This document shows positions 20,351-30,058 of a stretch of DNA of 64,000 bases, in pieces. Below the pieces are notes generated by a model. That model saw only the letters and a program-made list of their open reading frames with translations, made no database searches and was not told where the DNA came from. Numbering within the stretch: position 1 is the stretch's first letter; every line of letters starts with the position of its first letter. The DNA lies in the NCBI GenBank assembly GCA_023255625.1, contig JAHFLF010000003.1, positions 2,105-66,104 of the forward strand. The letters are read 5' to 3'. Source of the DNA: Candidatus Harrisonbacteria bacterium. GTDB taxonomy: Bacteria > Patescibacteriota > Minisyncoccia > UBA6257 > 1-14-0-10-44-23. The translations under genes were made by a program, and so were the position numbers.

Positions 20351-20705
20351 TCTTTGTGCTTTCTATAAAGCAACATCGGGTCACTAAGTTCTGCTTTCGC
20401 ATCGGCGCGACTTGTAGGTCTTGCCGTTAAGCCAGCATGTGCCTTTACACGTTCAGCCCGATTTCCATCCGGGCCAAGCTGACCTTAATAAACTCCTCCG
20501 CTACTCTTTAGGCTTGTTGTTAGTTGCATGCATCATTTCTGTGCATCGCTTCATGTCGCCATGAAGGTCAGACTATATCTTCAGCATATCCGGATATGAT
20601 TGCTGTTTGGCGTATAGTCGTTGAGGACTCTCTTATTGAAGCTGAAAGAAGGAGTGAAATAAATAATTAATACATAATAACTACTTCACGTCCACGCGAT
20701 GCGTG

Positions 20706-20781
20706 TGGTGGGCTCTGAAGGACTTAAACCTCCGACCTCCTGGATTTCAACCAGGTGCTCTAGCAGCTGAGCTAAGAGCCC
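20706..20781 (-). tRNA. Intron-encoded tRNA-Phe(GAA)-like gene, CCA-ended, non-canonical elbow
   Basis: GGGCTCT TA GCTC AGCTGCTA GAGC A CCTGG TTGAAAT CCAGG AGGTC GGAGG TTTAAGT CCTTC AGAGCCC A CCA (76 nt). Confidence 0.85.
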
Positions 20782-20797
20782 ACTTGTTCGCATTTTT

Positions 20798-20889
20798 TGG
20801 AGCGGGCGAGAGGATTCGAACCTCTACCCTATCGCCGCCAAAGCCCTTGCGGGCTCAAGGGGCTTGCCCTGCCGTTAGACCACGCCCGC
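20798..20889 (-). ncRNA. Intron-encoded tRNA-like RNA with Gly-type acceptor and no anticodon loop
   Basis: GCGGGCG acceptor, D arm, AGAGG-TTCGAAT-CCTCT T arm, CGCCCGC-U-CCA; anticodon arm is a long hairpin capped AGCCC-GCAA-GGGCT. Confidence 0.75.
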
Positions 20890-21407
20890 TCCGTTACAAC
20901 ATTGCTTGCGATTTTCCTCCTTCTTTCAACTTCAATAAGGTTGCCTGCTGATTGTCCGCATCGATCTTGAATTTTTACCCTTTTCGACAAGAGGTATCAA
21001 GATATGCCCGGATATTCCAGCATATAGCCAAATTTTTTACCGTTAACCCCCATATGCGCAGAGGCACATATATACTTGAGGATAACGCCCCATTAAAACT
21101 GCCCACCAGGCACTGTCCCGCGACGTTTTTGCCGTCGAGGTTAGAATCTAAAATTTTACAGATGGCTGTTTCATTGTTGGATCCATGTCTCCCGAAAGAG
21201 ACACTTCAAATCCTCGCCACTACGCTACGCAGTAAAATCCTAGAGCCAATACCAAGCTACAGTAAAGCTCCCGGGGTCTTTTCGTCTTGCTGCAGGTACC
21301 CAGCGTCTTCACTGGACTCGCATTTTCACCGAGCTCTTCGTTGAGACAGTTCTCCACTCGTTACACGATTCGTGCGCTTCGGAACTTACCCGAAAAGGAA
21401 TTGCGCT

Positions 21408-21956
21408 CACTATTGTTACTATCCGCCAGCTTGCGGACGGATGAATATTTCTATTCACCTCTATGCATTACTGCACAGGTCGGACTATATCTTCATATAT
21501 GCGTTATCAGGCGCATACTGTTCGGCGTGTAGTCTCTACAGGGTCATATTGAAGCTGAAAGAAGGATGCGAAGTGTATCGCTACTCCTTCGTATCCGCGC
21601 GGAAGGCGCGAAAGAGAGGTGACGGGTCTCATGTATTTACCCGCATTGCAATAAAGACTCGTAGTCTTTAATCTTGAGGCAACCGGCTCGCCCCGAATTG
21701 CACTGCAGCCCTTGCGGGTTCTGCAGGAAGCAGCCATACCATCCGAAGGCAACAGGCTCGAGTAGTCTGGTGGACGCTGTGCGCCACTCGAATCTCTTCC
21801 GCCTACATCGGAGCTAACCCTTGCTTCTCACACCCCTCTCATTTTCCTTCTTTCAACTTCAATAGACTTCCCTCGGTATTGTCCAAGACAAAATTTCCTT
21901 TCCTATATTCTTGGATGTTCACCGATATAGCCAAATTTTACTAAGGCAAGCAATTC
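21408..21956 (-). mobile_element. Group I intron after ~U1931 carrying a structured RNA in P6, no ORF
   Basis: Splits CUAAGGU|AGCGCAAUUCC; P1 CUAAGGU/GCCUUAG, Q AAUACCGAGG, R GUAGAGACUA, S GAAGAUAUAGUC, terminal G. Confidence 0.92.
21614..21840 (-). ncRNA. Unidentified multi-branched RNA cargo inside the ~1931 intron
   Basis: Closing GAGAGG..TG/CACCTCTC, long nested stem, hairpins CTGCAG/CTGCAG, TAAAGACT/AGTCTTTA, GCGGGT/ACCCGT. Confidence 0.55.
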
Positions 21957-22014
21957 ACCTTAGAACGATTATAGTTATCGCTGACATTGACGAGGGCTTC
22001 GGGCAGTGCGCATG

Positions 22015-22128
22015 CCCTGCGCACAAGTCGCAAGTTTATCAAGTTCTTCAAGCTCGAAAGTAGAAACCGGAATTCGGCCTTACTTGATAAACTTGATGAA
22101 CTTTTTACTTGACGAACTGTGTGCAGAG
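22015..22128 (-). repeat. Low-complexity hairpin insertion in 23S (~H68)
   Basis: CAAGTTTATCAAGTT.../...ACTTGATAAACTTGATGAACTT arms closed by GC stems. Confidence 0.75.
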
Positions 22129-22249
22129 CACACACCCACCGTTAACCTTCTCGCATCGGTCACGTGTCACCCCCTATACATCCTCTTGCGAGTTAGCAGG
22201 GAGTTGTGTTTTTGATAAACAGTCGGCAGAGATACTTTCGCTGCGGCCC

Positions 22250-22382
22250 CGCGCGCACAGCGCGCAAGTCACAAGTTTATCAAGTTCATAAAGTTATAAA
22301 GTAGAAACGGGAATCGCTTCCGGTATTCACTTGATGAACTTTACGAACTTTCAACTTGATGAACTGCGTGCTGCGCACGCCG
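22250..22382 (-). repeat. Low-complexity hairpin insertion in 23S (~H63)
   Basis: Same family as 22015-22128 and 19810-19930. Confidence 0.75.
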
Positions 22383-23594
22383 GGCAGGCCTTATTGCTAA
22401 CTTACGGCCGCTTTTTTGCCGAGTTCCTTAACGAAGATTCACTCGTTCCCCTGAGGATACTCTCCTCACCCACCAGTGTCGGTTTACGGTACGATGCACA
22501 TGTTCTAAACTTAGAAGTTTTTCTTGGAAGGCTATTCTGCTGTATTAGTCTTGGAAAACCAAAACCTTATCGGAACGCGCGCACTACTACATTAAAGTAA
22601 GCTACCCGGATTTACCTGGATAACAGTGCTTATCGTCCTAAACGCCAAACCATTAAGGCGCACAGCTCTATGTCCTCCGTCACTCCATCGCACAAACATG
22701 CGCGGGCCGGAATATTAACCGGCTTCCCATTAGCTACGGTTCTCACCATTGCCTTAGGATCGCCTAACCCGCGGTTGATTGCCATTGCCGCGGAAACCTT
22801 GGATTTTCGGGGTACGCGTTTCTCACGCGTATTGTGGTTACTTGTGCCAACATTCTCTCTTCCAAACGCTCCACGGGCTCTCACGAGTCCCGCTTCACAG
22901 CTATATTCGTCCTTCAACGAATGATTGGAATGCTCTCCTACCGCGCCACCTGATAAATCAAGTGACACCCGCAATTTCGGTACTATGTTTAGCCCCGGTA
23001 CATTTTCGGCGCAGTCGCCCTCGAATAGTGAGTTGTTACACACTCTTTAAAGGATGGCTACCTCTAAGCCAACCTCCTATCTGTCTATGGGAAACTACTA
23101 CCTTTAACACTTAACATAGATTTAGGGACCTTAATTTGCGATCTGGGCTCTTCCCCTCGCGACCATGGAGCTTTGCCCCCACAGTCTAACTAGCTAGACG
23201 TTTTATGTGAGTATTCGGAGTTTAACTGAAATGTCGCCCTTTCGGGCTGTACACCTCAACTAGTAGCTCTACCCCTCACATGATGTCTCTAGCCGCTAGT
23301 CCGAAAACTATTTCGGAGAGAACCAGCTATTACCAAGCTCGATTAGCTTTTCACTTCTTATCCCAAGTCATCCCAGGGTTTTGCACAACCCACGAGTTCG
23401 GTCCTCCATAGGATTTTACTCCTACTTCAACCTGCTCAGGACAAGCTCGCCTTGGCTTCGGGTCTTATGTATGCCGCTTATTGTCGCGCTATTAACACTC
23501 GGTTTCCCTACGCCTCCACCGCCGAAGCGGCTTAGACTAATGCGACACACATAAACTCGTTGGCTCATTCTTCAATAGGCACATAGTCACCCCA

Positions 23595-23734
23595 CGCGCA
23601 CCTCACTGCTGTGACGTGCGCAATTTTCAATTACCAATTTTCAATTTTCAAACAATTTTGAAATTAATCAATTGTTTAGAAATTAGAAATTAGAAATTAG
23701 AAATTGCGCACTCTCACGACAGTGAGATGCGCGC
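23595..23734 (-). repeat. Hairpin insertion in 23S (~H25)
   Basis: GCGCACCTCACTG...AATTTTC repeats / GAAATTA repeats...CAGTGAGATGCGC. Confidence 0.75.
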
Positions 23735-23798
23735 TGGGGGCTCCTATTCATTGTAAGCGTACGGTTTCAGGTACTATTTCACCGCCCTTACCGGGCTG

Positions 23799-23839
<41 letters not shown>

Positions 23840-23935
23840 TGAAGTGTATTTAGCCTTACCGGATAGTACCGGTATGTTCCCGCATAGTTTATTTGCCACG
23901 CGGTACTCTAGAAATCTCATATTGCTACAAGACCA

Positions 23936-24197
23936 GTCCTGTATGTCACATATGCCGCGAAATGCGGAAGCATTAAAATTGTCGAGACCGCGACGCGAGT
24001 GGCGAGACATATGGCTATGCCATAAGCTCGACGCTCGCAACAAAGGTATCGACAATTTTAATGCTTTGACGGGCTAATTTTTGCCTGATTCTTTGTTGCT
24101 TGTCGTAGCCATAGCTAAAGCTATTGTCTACTCCGCGCGCCTAGAATCATGCCAAAATTCGCACCGCCGCATTCGTGTCATATGTGACATACAGGAC
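23936..24197 (-). other. ~260-nt intervening sequence in 23S domain I closed by a 19-bp perfect stem
   Basis: GTCCTGTATGTCACATATG / CATATGTGACATACAGGAC; no group I core motifs seen. Confidence 0.75.
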
Positions 24198-25384
24198 AAA
24201 AAACGAGAGTCAGAACTGTTTTCGCATACTGGGCTATCACCATCTTTGGCGCGTCTTTCCAGGCGCTTCTGCTAACAGACTGTTTTTTAACTCTCTTTTT
24301 ACAAATCACGCAGCAGCCGTAAAGCTGCTCCGTGAAAAGTAAAAGTGTTTTTCTCTAAACCCCCAAAAGATTTATTGCTAAATCCCTCGAGTTTGGGCTC
24401 TTCCGTTTTCGCTCGCCGCTACTAACGGAATACAATTTGTATCTTTTCCTCTGGTTACTGAGATGTTTCACTTCACCAGGTTGACGAACGCATCACTTAT
24501 GTATGCGAACTATGTCGGGTTACGACATAAGGTTTCCCCATTCGGAAATCTCCGGATCACAGGTTGCTAACACCTCCCCGAAGCTTATCGCAGCTACGCC
24601 ACGTCCTTCATCGCCACTTCATGCCAAGGCATCCACCGTACGCCCTTTAACGCTCTGACGCATGTCAGAGCTCACTAACCACATAATGCTCAAGCGCGCA
24701 TAGCGCGCAAGTAACAAGTGGCACAAGTGAAAACTGGTAAACAAGTGAATGCAAATCCACTTGCCTACTCGTGTCTACTTGTTTCTACTTGCGAACTGCG
24801 TGCTACGCACGCCTGAGACTAGACTGATCATTCAAGCACTGCACCGCCTTCGCGGTGAAGTCGCCCGTCTTGCTTTCGCAAAACTTTGTTTACTCCGACG
24901 GCAAGTCGAAGCGAGCTATCTATTTTCAAATGCGACTAAGAAAAAAGAATCGCTCGATTTTGTCATAATTTCAAACATGGATATACAGTAAATACGATGT
25001 TTTACTTTCACGACTCCGGCACGCTTGCCCTAACAAGCGCATAGCCGGCTCTATATATAGAAGACACATTACTACTTAAGCGCCGCCCTACGGACGACTG
25101 GTAATAATGTCTTTTCTATACTGGATCTGTAAAGGTGCAACTTCACTTATCCAGTCCTACAAGCAACCAATGTTTCTTACTAGCCAGCGAAGGAATTACC
25201 CGCGCCGTTGGCGGGGTCAATTTCTTGGTAGAAATTGAAAACCGCTCTTTTCGAGCGGCTACGAAACCAACTCAAACTTTTCCTACTTGTCCGCCTCAGG
25301 CGGAATCGGAAAAGTTCAATGGTTTTTGTGCCGCAGGAATTAAGATAAAATTTAACATTTAGTAGCTAGTGACTGATGGGAAAG

Positions 25385-25412
25385 AGTATAGCAAAGACCA
25401 AAAAACTGTCAA
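25385..25412 (-). promoter_or_regulatory. Promoter of the stand-alone 23S-5S unit
   Basis: TTGACA-16-TATACT with extended TG, ~700 nt upstream of 23S. Confidence 0.8.
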
Positions 25413-25427
25413 GTAGAACTTATGCAC

Positions 25428-25456
25428 TTGACGAAAAAATAGAACTGCATGAGAAT
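25428..25456 (+). promoter_or_regulatory. Divergent promoter-like sequence
   Basis: TTGACG-17-GAGAAT. Confidence 0.45.
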
Positions 25457-26069
25457 ATAGATTCGATCCAATCCTACTCGAGTTCAAGGGATCGGGCGGA
25501 GTATCTACCGCCCTACCCGCGCGCAGAAACTGTGCGCCAAATTGAGCGAGTTAAGGGCGATGGTTAGCCACGAATCCAGCTCGTAGTGCGTCGAGCACCG
25601 AGCATCATGTAAGCCGACGCGGATAGCCGGCACCCCAACGAGGAGCTCACTCGGTAAGGCATGATGAAGTGGAAAGGCACTCGACAATCGAGAACCATCG
25701 CCCTAGGAAAAGGATCTCCGCGTCAATAACGCGGGTGCAGAGAAGCATGCGGCTTCCACGAACTCCACCCCCCTAACCGCATTGTGGATTTTGCACTCGC
25801 GCCAATCTCATGCTCACCCCAGCTTCGGCAAGGGTGGGCATGTCTATTTTTATACACTGGCAGTAATTTATTTTCAGAGTATAATAAAATAGCAAATCTC
25901 GAGCTGGTGGAGGGAAGCACAGCTGTCACACAAAAGTCCTGCCCGGACACCCGCGACAGCGCTTGGCTCATGCAGGTACGGACGCCGAGTTTCAGCTCAA
26001 AAACCGGTCGGCCCACACGCAACCTCTCTTCCGAGGCGCCTCTGCACTTCACCAGCTCCCCGCCTTACC

Positions 26070-26097
26070 GGACGATGTTCACTCCCGAACATCGTCC
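26070..26097. terminator. Hairpin after metG
   Basis: GGACGATGTTC-ACTCCC-GAACATCGTCC. Confidence 0.65.
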
Positions 26098-26116
26098 GTT
26101 CTCTATTCCAATTAAT

Positions 26117-27583
26117 TTAATAAAGACGCGGGAAGAGCGGTTGAGTTGGTTTAACCACACTCATCTTACCGTCTACCGGATGCATGCACGCATCGATTTT
26201 GCCCGCCGTTTCCGGCAGAAAAATCTTGAGTAGTTGCCGGACATTATTTAAAATTTCCAGAGCATTGACTAAAATAAGCCGCTGCTCGTTCGAGCCAGTT
26301 ACTAAACTCCAGGGCTTATTTTCAGCCAGATAGCGATCCCCAAAACTAACTAAGCTCCAGATTGCCGCCAGCGACTCATGTAATTTTCGTTCTTCAATAC
26401 CTTTTGTTACGGCGACTTTGGCCTGATTATTAGCAGCAGTAATCTCTGCAGCAAATTCCGGAGAAGCAAAACCAATCTCGCCGAGCTTTTCAGCCAGAGT
26501 CAAAACTCTGGAGGCAAAATTACCCAGTCCGTTCGCCAAATCCGCATTGTAGCGCAGTTTAAATTTTTCATCGCTAAAATCACCATCGCCGTCAGACGGA
26601 ATCTCGCGGAGAAGATAGTAGCGCACTGCGTCAACACCATATTTTTGAACAAGCTCTACGGGGTCAACAGTATTGCCAAGCGACTTAGACATCTTCTGGC
26701 CGTTCACCGTTATATAGCCATGCACAAATAACTCTTTAGGCAGGGTTAACTTTGCAGAAAGCAGCATCGCCGGCCAATAAATTGCGTGGAAACGGATAAT
26801 TCCTTTGCCGATAATATGCAGGTTCGGCGGCCACCAGTCCTGGCCAGTTTGATTATTACCGGATTCAGCGGCGGTTCGATAATAATTCAGCGCATCAAAC
26901 CAGACATACATAATCTGATCCGGATCGCCTGGCACTGGCACGCCCCAGTTATGCGCCCGTTCTTTTGAACGAGAGATACTAAAATCCTCTAGTCCTTGCT
27001 TAATAAAGCCAAGTGCTTCGTTTTTGCGGTGCTCGGGGACAATTTTATATTCATCAGAGTTCAAAATTTTAGCCAGCTGGCCCTGGTATTTGGAAAGTTT
27101 AAAAAAATAATTTTCCTCTTCAATCTCATCCAGTTTACGGCCAGGGTGTTCATGGCACTCCCCCTTCTCATTTAATTCATCTAATGTATAAAACTGCTCG
27201 CAGCCCACACAGTACAATCCTTTATATTTTTTCTTGTAAATATCGCCGGCATCGGCGCAACGAGTCCAAAGATCCTGCGCAGAGAGAAAATGTTCCGGTG
27301 CGGTTGTCCGCTGGAAATGGTCAAAACTAATATTATAGAGCTTACCCAAATCTAAAAATGCTTGAGCGTTGCGATCACACAACTGCTGCGTCGTGATGCC
27401 CTCTTTCTGCGCGGCCTGTACATTTTTTAGAGAATTTTCATCGGCGCCGTAGATAAAAAATACCTCGTCGCCTTTTTGGCGACGATAGCGCGCGATCACA
27501 TCGGCCTCGACTAGCTCCATCGCAAAACCGATATGCGGCTTAGCGTTCACATAAGGAATGGCGGTGGTCAGGTAGAAGCGCAT
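26117..27583 (-). CDS. metG: Methionine--tRNA ligase (short form)
   Basis: TTAIPYVNAKPHIG, YVWFDAL, KMSKS. Confidence 0.97.
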   Translation of the reverse strand: MRFYLTTAIPYVNAKPHIGFAMELVEADVIARYRRQKGDEVFFIYGADENSLKNVQAAQKEGITTQQLCDRNAQAFLDLGKLYNISFDHFQRTTAPEHFLSAQDLWTRCADAGDIYKKKYKGLYCVGCEQFYTLDELNEKGECHEHPGRKLDEIEEENYFFKLSKYQGQLAKILNSDEYKIVPEHRKNEALGFIKQGLEDFSISRSKERAHNWGVPVPGDPDQIMYVWFDALNYYRTAAESGNNQTGQDWWPPNLHIIGKGIIRFHAIYWPAMLLSAKLTLPKELFVHGYITVNGQKMSKSLGNTVDPVELVQKYGVDAVRYYLLREIPSDGDGDFSDEKFKLRYNADLANGLGNFASRVLTLAEKLGEIGFASPEFAAEITAANNQAKVAVTKGIEERKLHESLAAIWSLVSFGDRYLAENKPWSLVTGSNEQRLILVNALEILNNVRQLLKIFLPETAGKIDACMHPVDGKMSVVKPTQPLFPRLY

Positions 27584-27678
27584 GGTAGGTAGTTAGCTAG
27601 TTAGTTGGTTACTTTGTTAGTTAGTTTAATACGGAAACGCTTTACTGCAAATTTCTTGACTGACTAACCGTCGACCGA

Positions 27679-28701
27679 CTAACTGGCGACTACTCCGTCT
27701 GGCTCCACTGGGTGATCATGGCCAAGATGTTTAATAATCTCTTGCAAGAGCACGGCAACCGGTACGGCAATCACCGCACCAATAACACCGAAGGCCTCGC
27801 CACCGATCAGTAACGCAACAATCACAATAACCGGATTCAAATTAAGCGTGTACCGGCTGATAATCGGCAAGATCAGGTTGCTCTCGATCTGTTGGACAGC
27901 CACGAAAAAAATCAAAGTGTATAAACCAAGCGAGCCAGATTGAGTAAAAGCAGTTAACACGGCTATACCACCGGTAAAAATCGGGCCGACAAACGGTACA
28001 AGCTCAAATGCCGCGGCGGCGACCGCTAAAACGAATGCATATTTAACGCCCAGCAAACTCAAGCCAATGAAAACAGAGATTCCAATAATCACGCTTAGCA
28101 AAATCTGTCCGGCGAACCAATAACCGATTTTTATCCGGATACGCTCGTAGACCATGAGCATCTTCTTATGATACTGAAAAGGTACAATCGCCTGCATAAA
28201 ACGCTCGACTCCGTCCCGGCCTAGCGTCAGATAAAAAGAAATTACAAAAACGATCGTTGCCAGCAGCAACCCGCCAAGCATCTGCGATAAAAATGAGACC
28301 AAAGTTGTCTGACCGCCGAGCAACCCGTTGGTAAACTCATTGATTGCGCTAATGATCGTCTGCAAAACTGTTGATTGAATGCCAAGCGATTCAATCAAGC
28401 TGCCAAAGATATCCTGCGAATTCTCTAAAATTCCGTTCATTTCAGTCAAAAAAATCGGCACAACAATATACAGCACAAGCGCTATCACAAACAGAAGCAG
28501 AATATAAACGGCCAATGTGCCGATCAGCCGAGGAATCCGCCGGCGCTCCAACCAGCTAACGAAAGGGTCGAGCGAGGCAGCGATAATGATAGCCAAAAGA
28601 ACGGCTATGAGTACATCACTCGCCAAATAAACCACAGCAACCAAAGCAAGCATGGCTAATAATTTCCACAAGCTGCTCCAAGAAATCGAAAGTTGAGACA
28701 T
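27679..28701 (-). CDS. AI-2E family (PerM-like) transporter
   Basis: Multi-TM, ELVPFVGP, QQIESNLILP, GAVIAVPVA. Confidence 0.9.
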   Translation of the reverse strand: MSQLSISWSSLWKLLAMLALVAVVYLASDVLIAVLLAIIIAASLDPFVSWLERRRIPRLIGTLAVYILLLFVIALVLYIVVPIFLTEMNGILENSQDIFGSLIESLGIQSTVLQTIISAINEFTNGLLGGQTTLVSFLSQMLGGLLLATIVFVISFYLTLGRDGVERFMQAIVPFQYHKKMLMVYERIRIKIGYWFAGQILLSVIIGISVFIGLSLLGVKYAFVLAVAAAAFELVPFVGPIFTGGIAVLTAFTQSGSLGLYTLIFFVAVQQIESNLILPIISRYTLNLNPVIVIVALLIGGEAFGVIGAVIAVPVAVLLQEIIKHLGHDHPVEPDGVVAS

Positions 28702-28792
28702 CTACCCTATTCTAATCTAGATTTTTAAAAAGAGAAACAACGCCACGCCGCCGTATCAACCTATATAACGCAGCCGGACGGAAAATCTTACA

Positions 28793-30058
28793 CTAAAGCT
28801 TCAGCAACTCCTCAAACTCCTTCCCCTCTTTTTTCGGCCCAATCATCGCCAGGTTTAACCCGGCATTCTTAAATAATTCCTTAGCCAGCGTCTGAATCTC
28901 GGCAGAGGTAACTAACTCAATCTTCTTCAAAATTTCGTCCGGAGTCATTTCGCTTTTACGCAGAACCTCCTGCACACCATAATACACGGCAAGCGAGTCC
29001 GAGGTTTCTAGACCAAGCATCATCGTGCCAGAAAGATGACTCTTCGCTCGAGCCAACTCCTCTGCGCTAACCGGTTCATCAGTCAGTCGCTTAAACTCCG
29101 CTAAAATTGCCTGAATCACAATTTCCAGCTTGCTGTGCTCCACGCCAGCACCAGCGGCAATGTAACCGTGGTCTGTGTACAAATCTGCACTGGCATTAAT
29201 ATAGTATGCCGCACCTAACTCTTCGCGAATTTTATGAAAAAGCCGCGAGCTCATTCCGCCGCCTAAAATGTCGGCTAAAACTTCCAGCGTATAGCGGCGT
29301 GGATCAAACATTGAAAAAGCCCGAAAGCCGAGCATCAAGTGCGTTTGGTCTGATTCTTTATGTTTGACAAAAACTATCGGCTTTTCCTGCTTTTCAATCA
29401 CTGCCAGTTTAGTCCCCTTTCCGCCGGAGGACATATTGCCAAAAAGTTTCTCAATTTGCGCCAGCACCGCCGGCTCATCAAAAGCACCAGTAACAATTAC
29501 TGTAGTGGCCTGCGGTAAATAATGTTTGGCCCGATAGGCGACAAAATCCTCCTTAGTCAAAATCCGAATAATGTCTTTTTCTCCACCAACATCCCAGCCA
29601 GCCGGCTGGTCGCCATAAAGCAGGTGTAAAAAAATATCGCCAATCTTTCGCTGCGGCATATCCTCGTACATATTTAGCTCCTCGATAATCACGCCTTTTT
29701 CTTTTTCAATCTCCGCTTTATCAAAAATTGGGTTCAAGTATAAATCAGAAATCAAATCTATCGCCTGCTGCGCATGATGCTTCTCAACTTTGGCAAAATA
29801 ACCGGTCCATTCATGGCTGGTAAAGGCGTTGTAGTGAGCGCCGAGTCCGTCCAGCTCGGCAGAAATCAGCATCGAGGTCGGCCGATTGGTCGTGCCCTTA
29901 AAACACATGTGTTCTAAAAAGTGCGACAAACCGTTGATTTGTTTTTGCTCATACTTACTGCCGGCCTCAACCATGACTAAAACCGTCATGGCCATATTTG
30001 CCGGCTGCGGCACAGTGATAATCCGCAGACCATTTTTTAGAATTGTTTTTTTGTACAT
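28793..30058 (-). CDS. M16 family zinc peptidase
   Basis: GLSHFLEHMCFKGT, NAFT, LGGGMSSRLF; start moved to ATG 30058. Confidence 0.93.
   Translation of the reverse strand: MYKKTILKNGLRIITVPQPANMAMTVLVMVEAGSKYEQKQINGLSHFLEHMCFKGTTNRPTSMLISAELDGLGAHYNAFTSHEWTGYFAKVEKHHAQQAIDLISDLYLNPIFDKAEIEKEKGVIIEELNMYEDMPQRKIGDIFLHLLYGDQPAGWDVGGEKDIIRILTKEDFVAYRAKHYLPQATTVIVTGAFDEPAVLAQIEKLFGNMSSGGKGTKLAVIEKQEKPIVFVKHKESDQTHLMLGFRAFSMFDPRRYTLEVLADILGGGMSSRLFHKIREELGAAYYINASADLYTDHGYIAAGAGVEHSKLEIVIQAILAEFKRLTDEPVSAEELARAKSHLSGTMMLGLETSDSLAVYYGVQEVLRKSEMTPDEILKKIELVTSAEIQTLAKELFKNAGLNLAMIGPKKEGKEFEELLKL

Larger units (their letters stand above)
20513..21078 (-). mobile_element. Group I intron after ~U2262 carrying two tRNA-like genes in P6
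   Basis: Splits GGGGCGUUAUCCU|CCUAAAGAG; P AUGCUGGAA, Q AAUCAGCAGG, R UCAACGACUA, S GAAGAUAUAGUC, terminal G. Confidence 0.92.

Noticed and set aside
21270-21290. A at ~2057 of 23S as a macrolide-resistance mutation
   Set aside because: The partner position (~2611) is U, so it is a compensated lineage variant.
21721-21740. SRP RNA from the GGAAGCAGCC motif
   Set aside because: It is on the non-transcribed strand and the matching CAGG-stem-GNRA half is absent.
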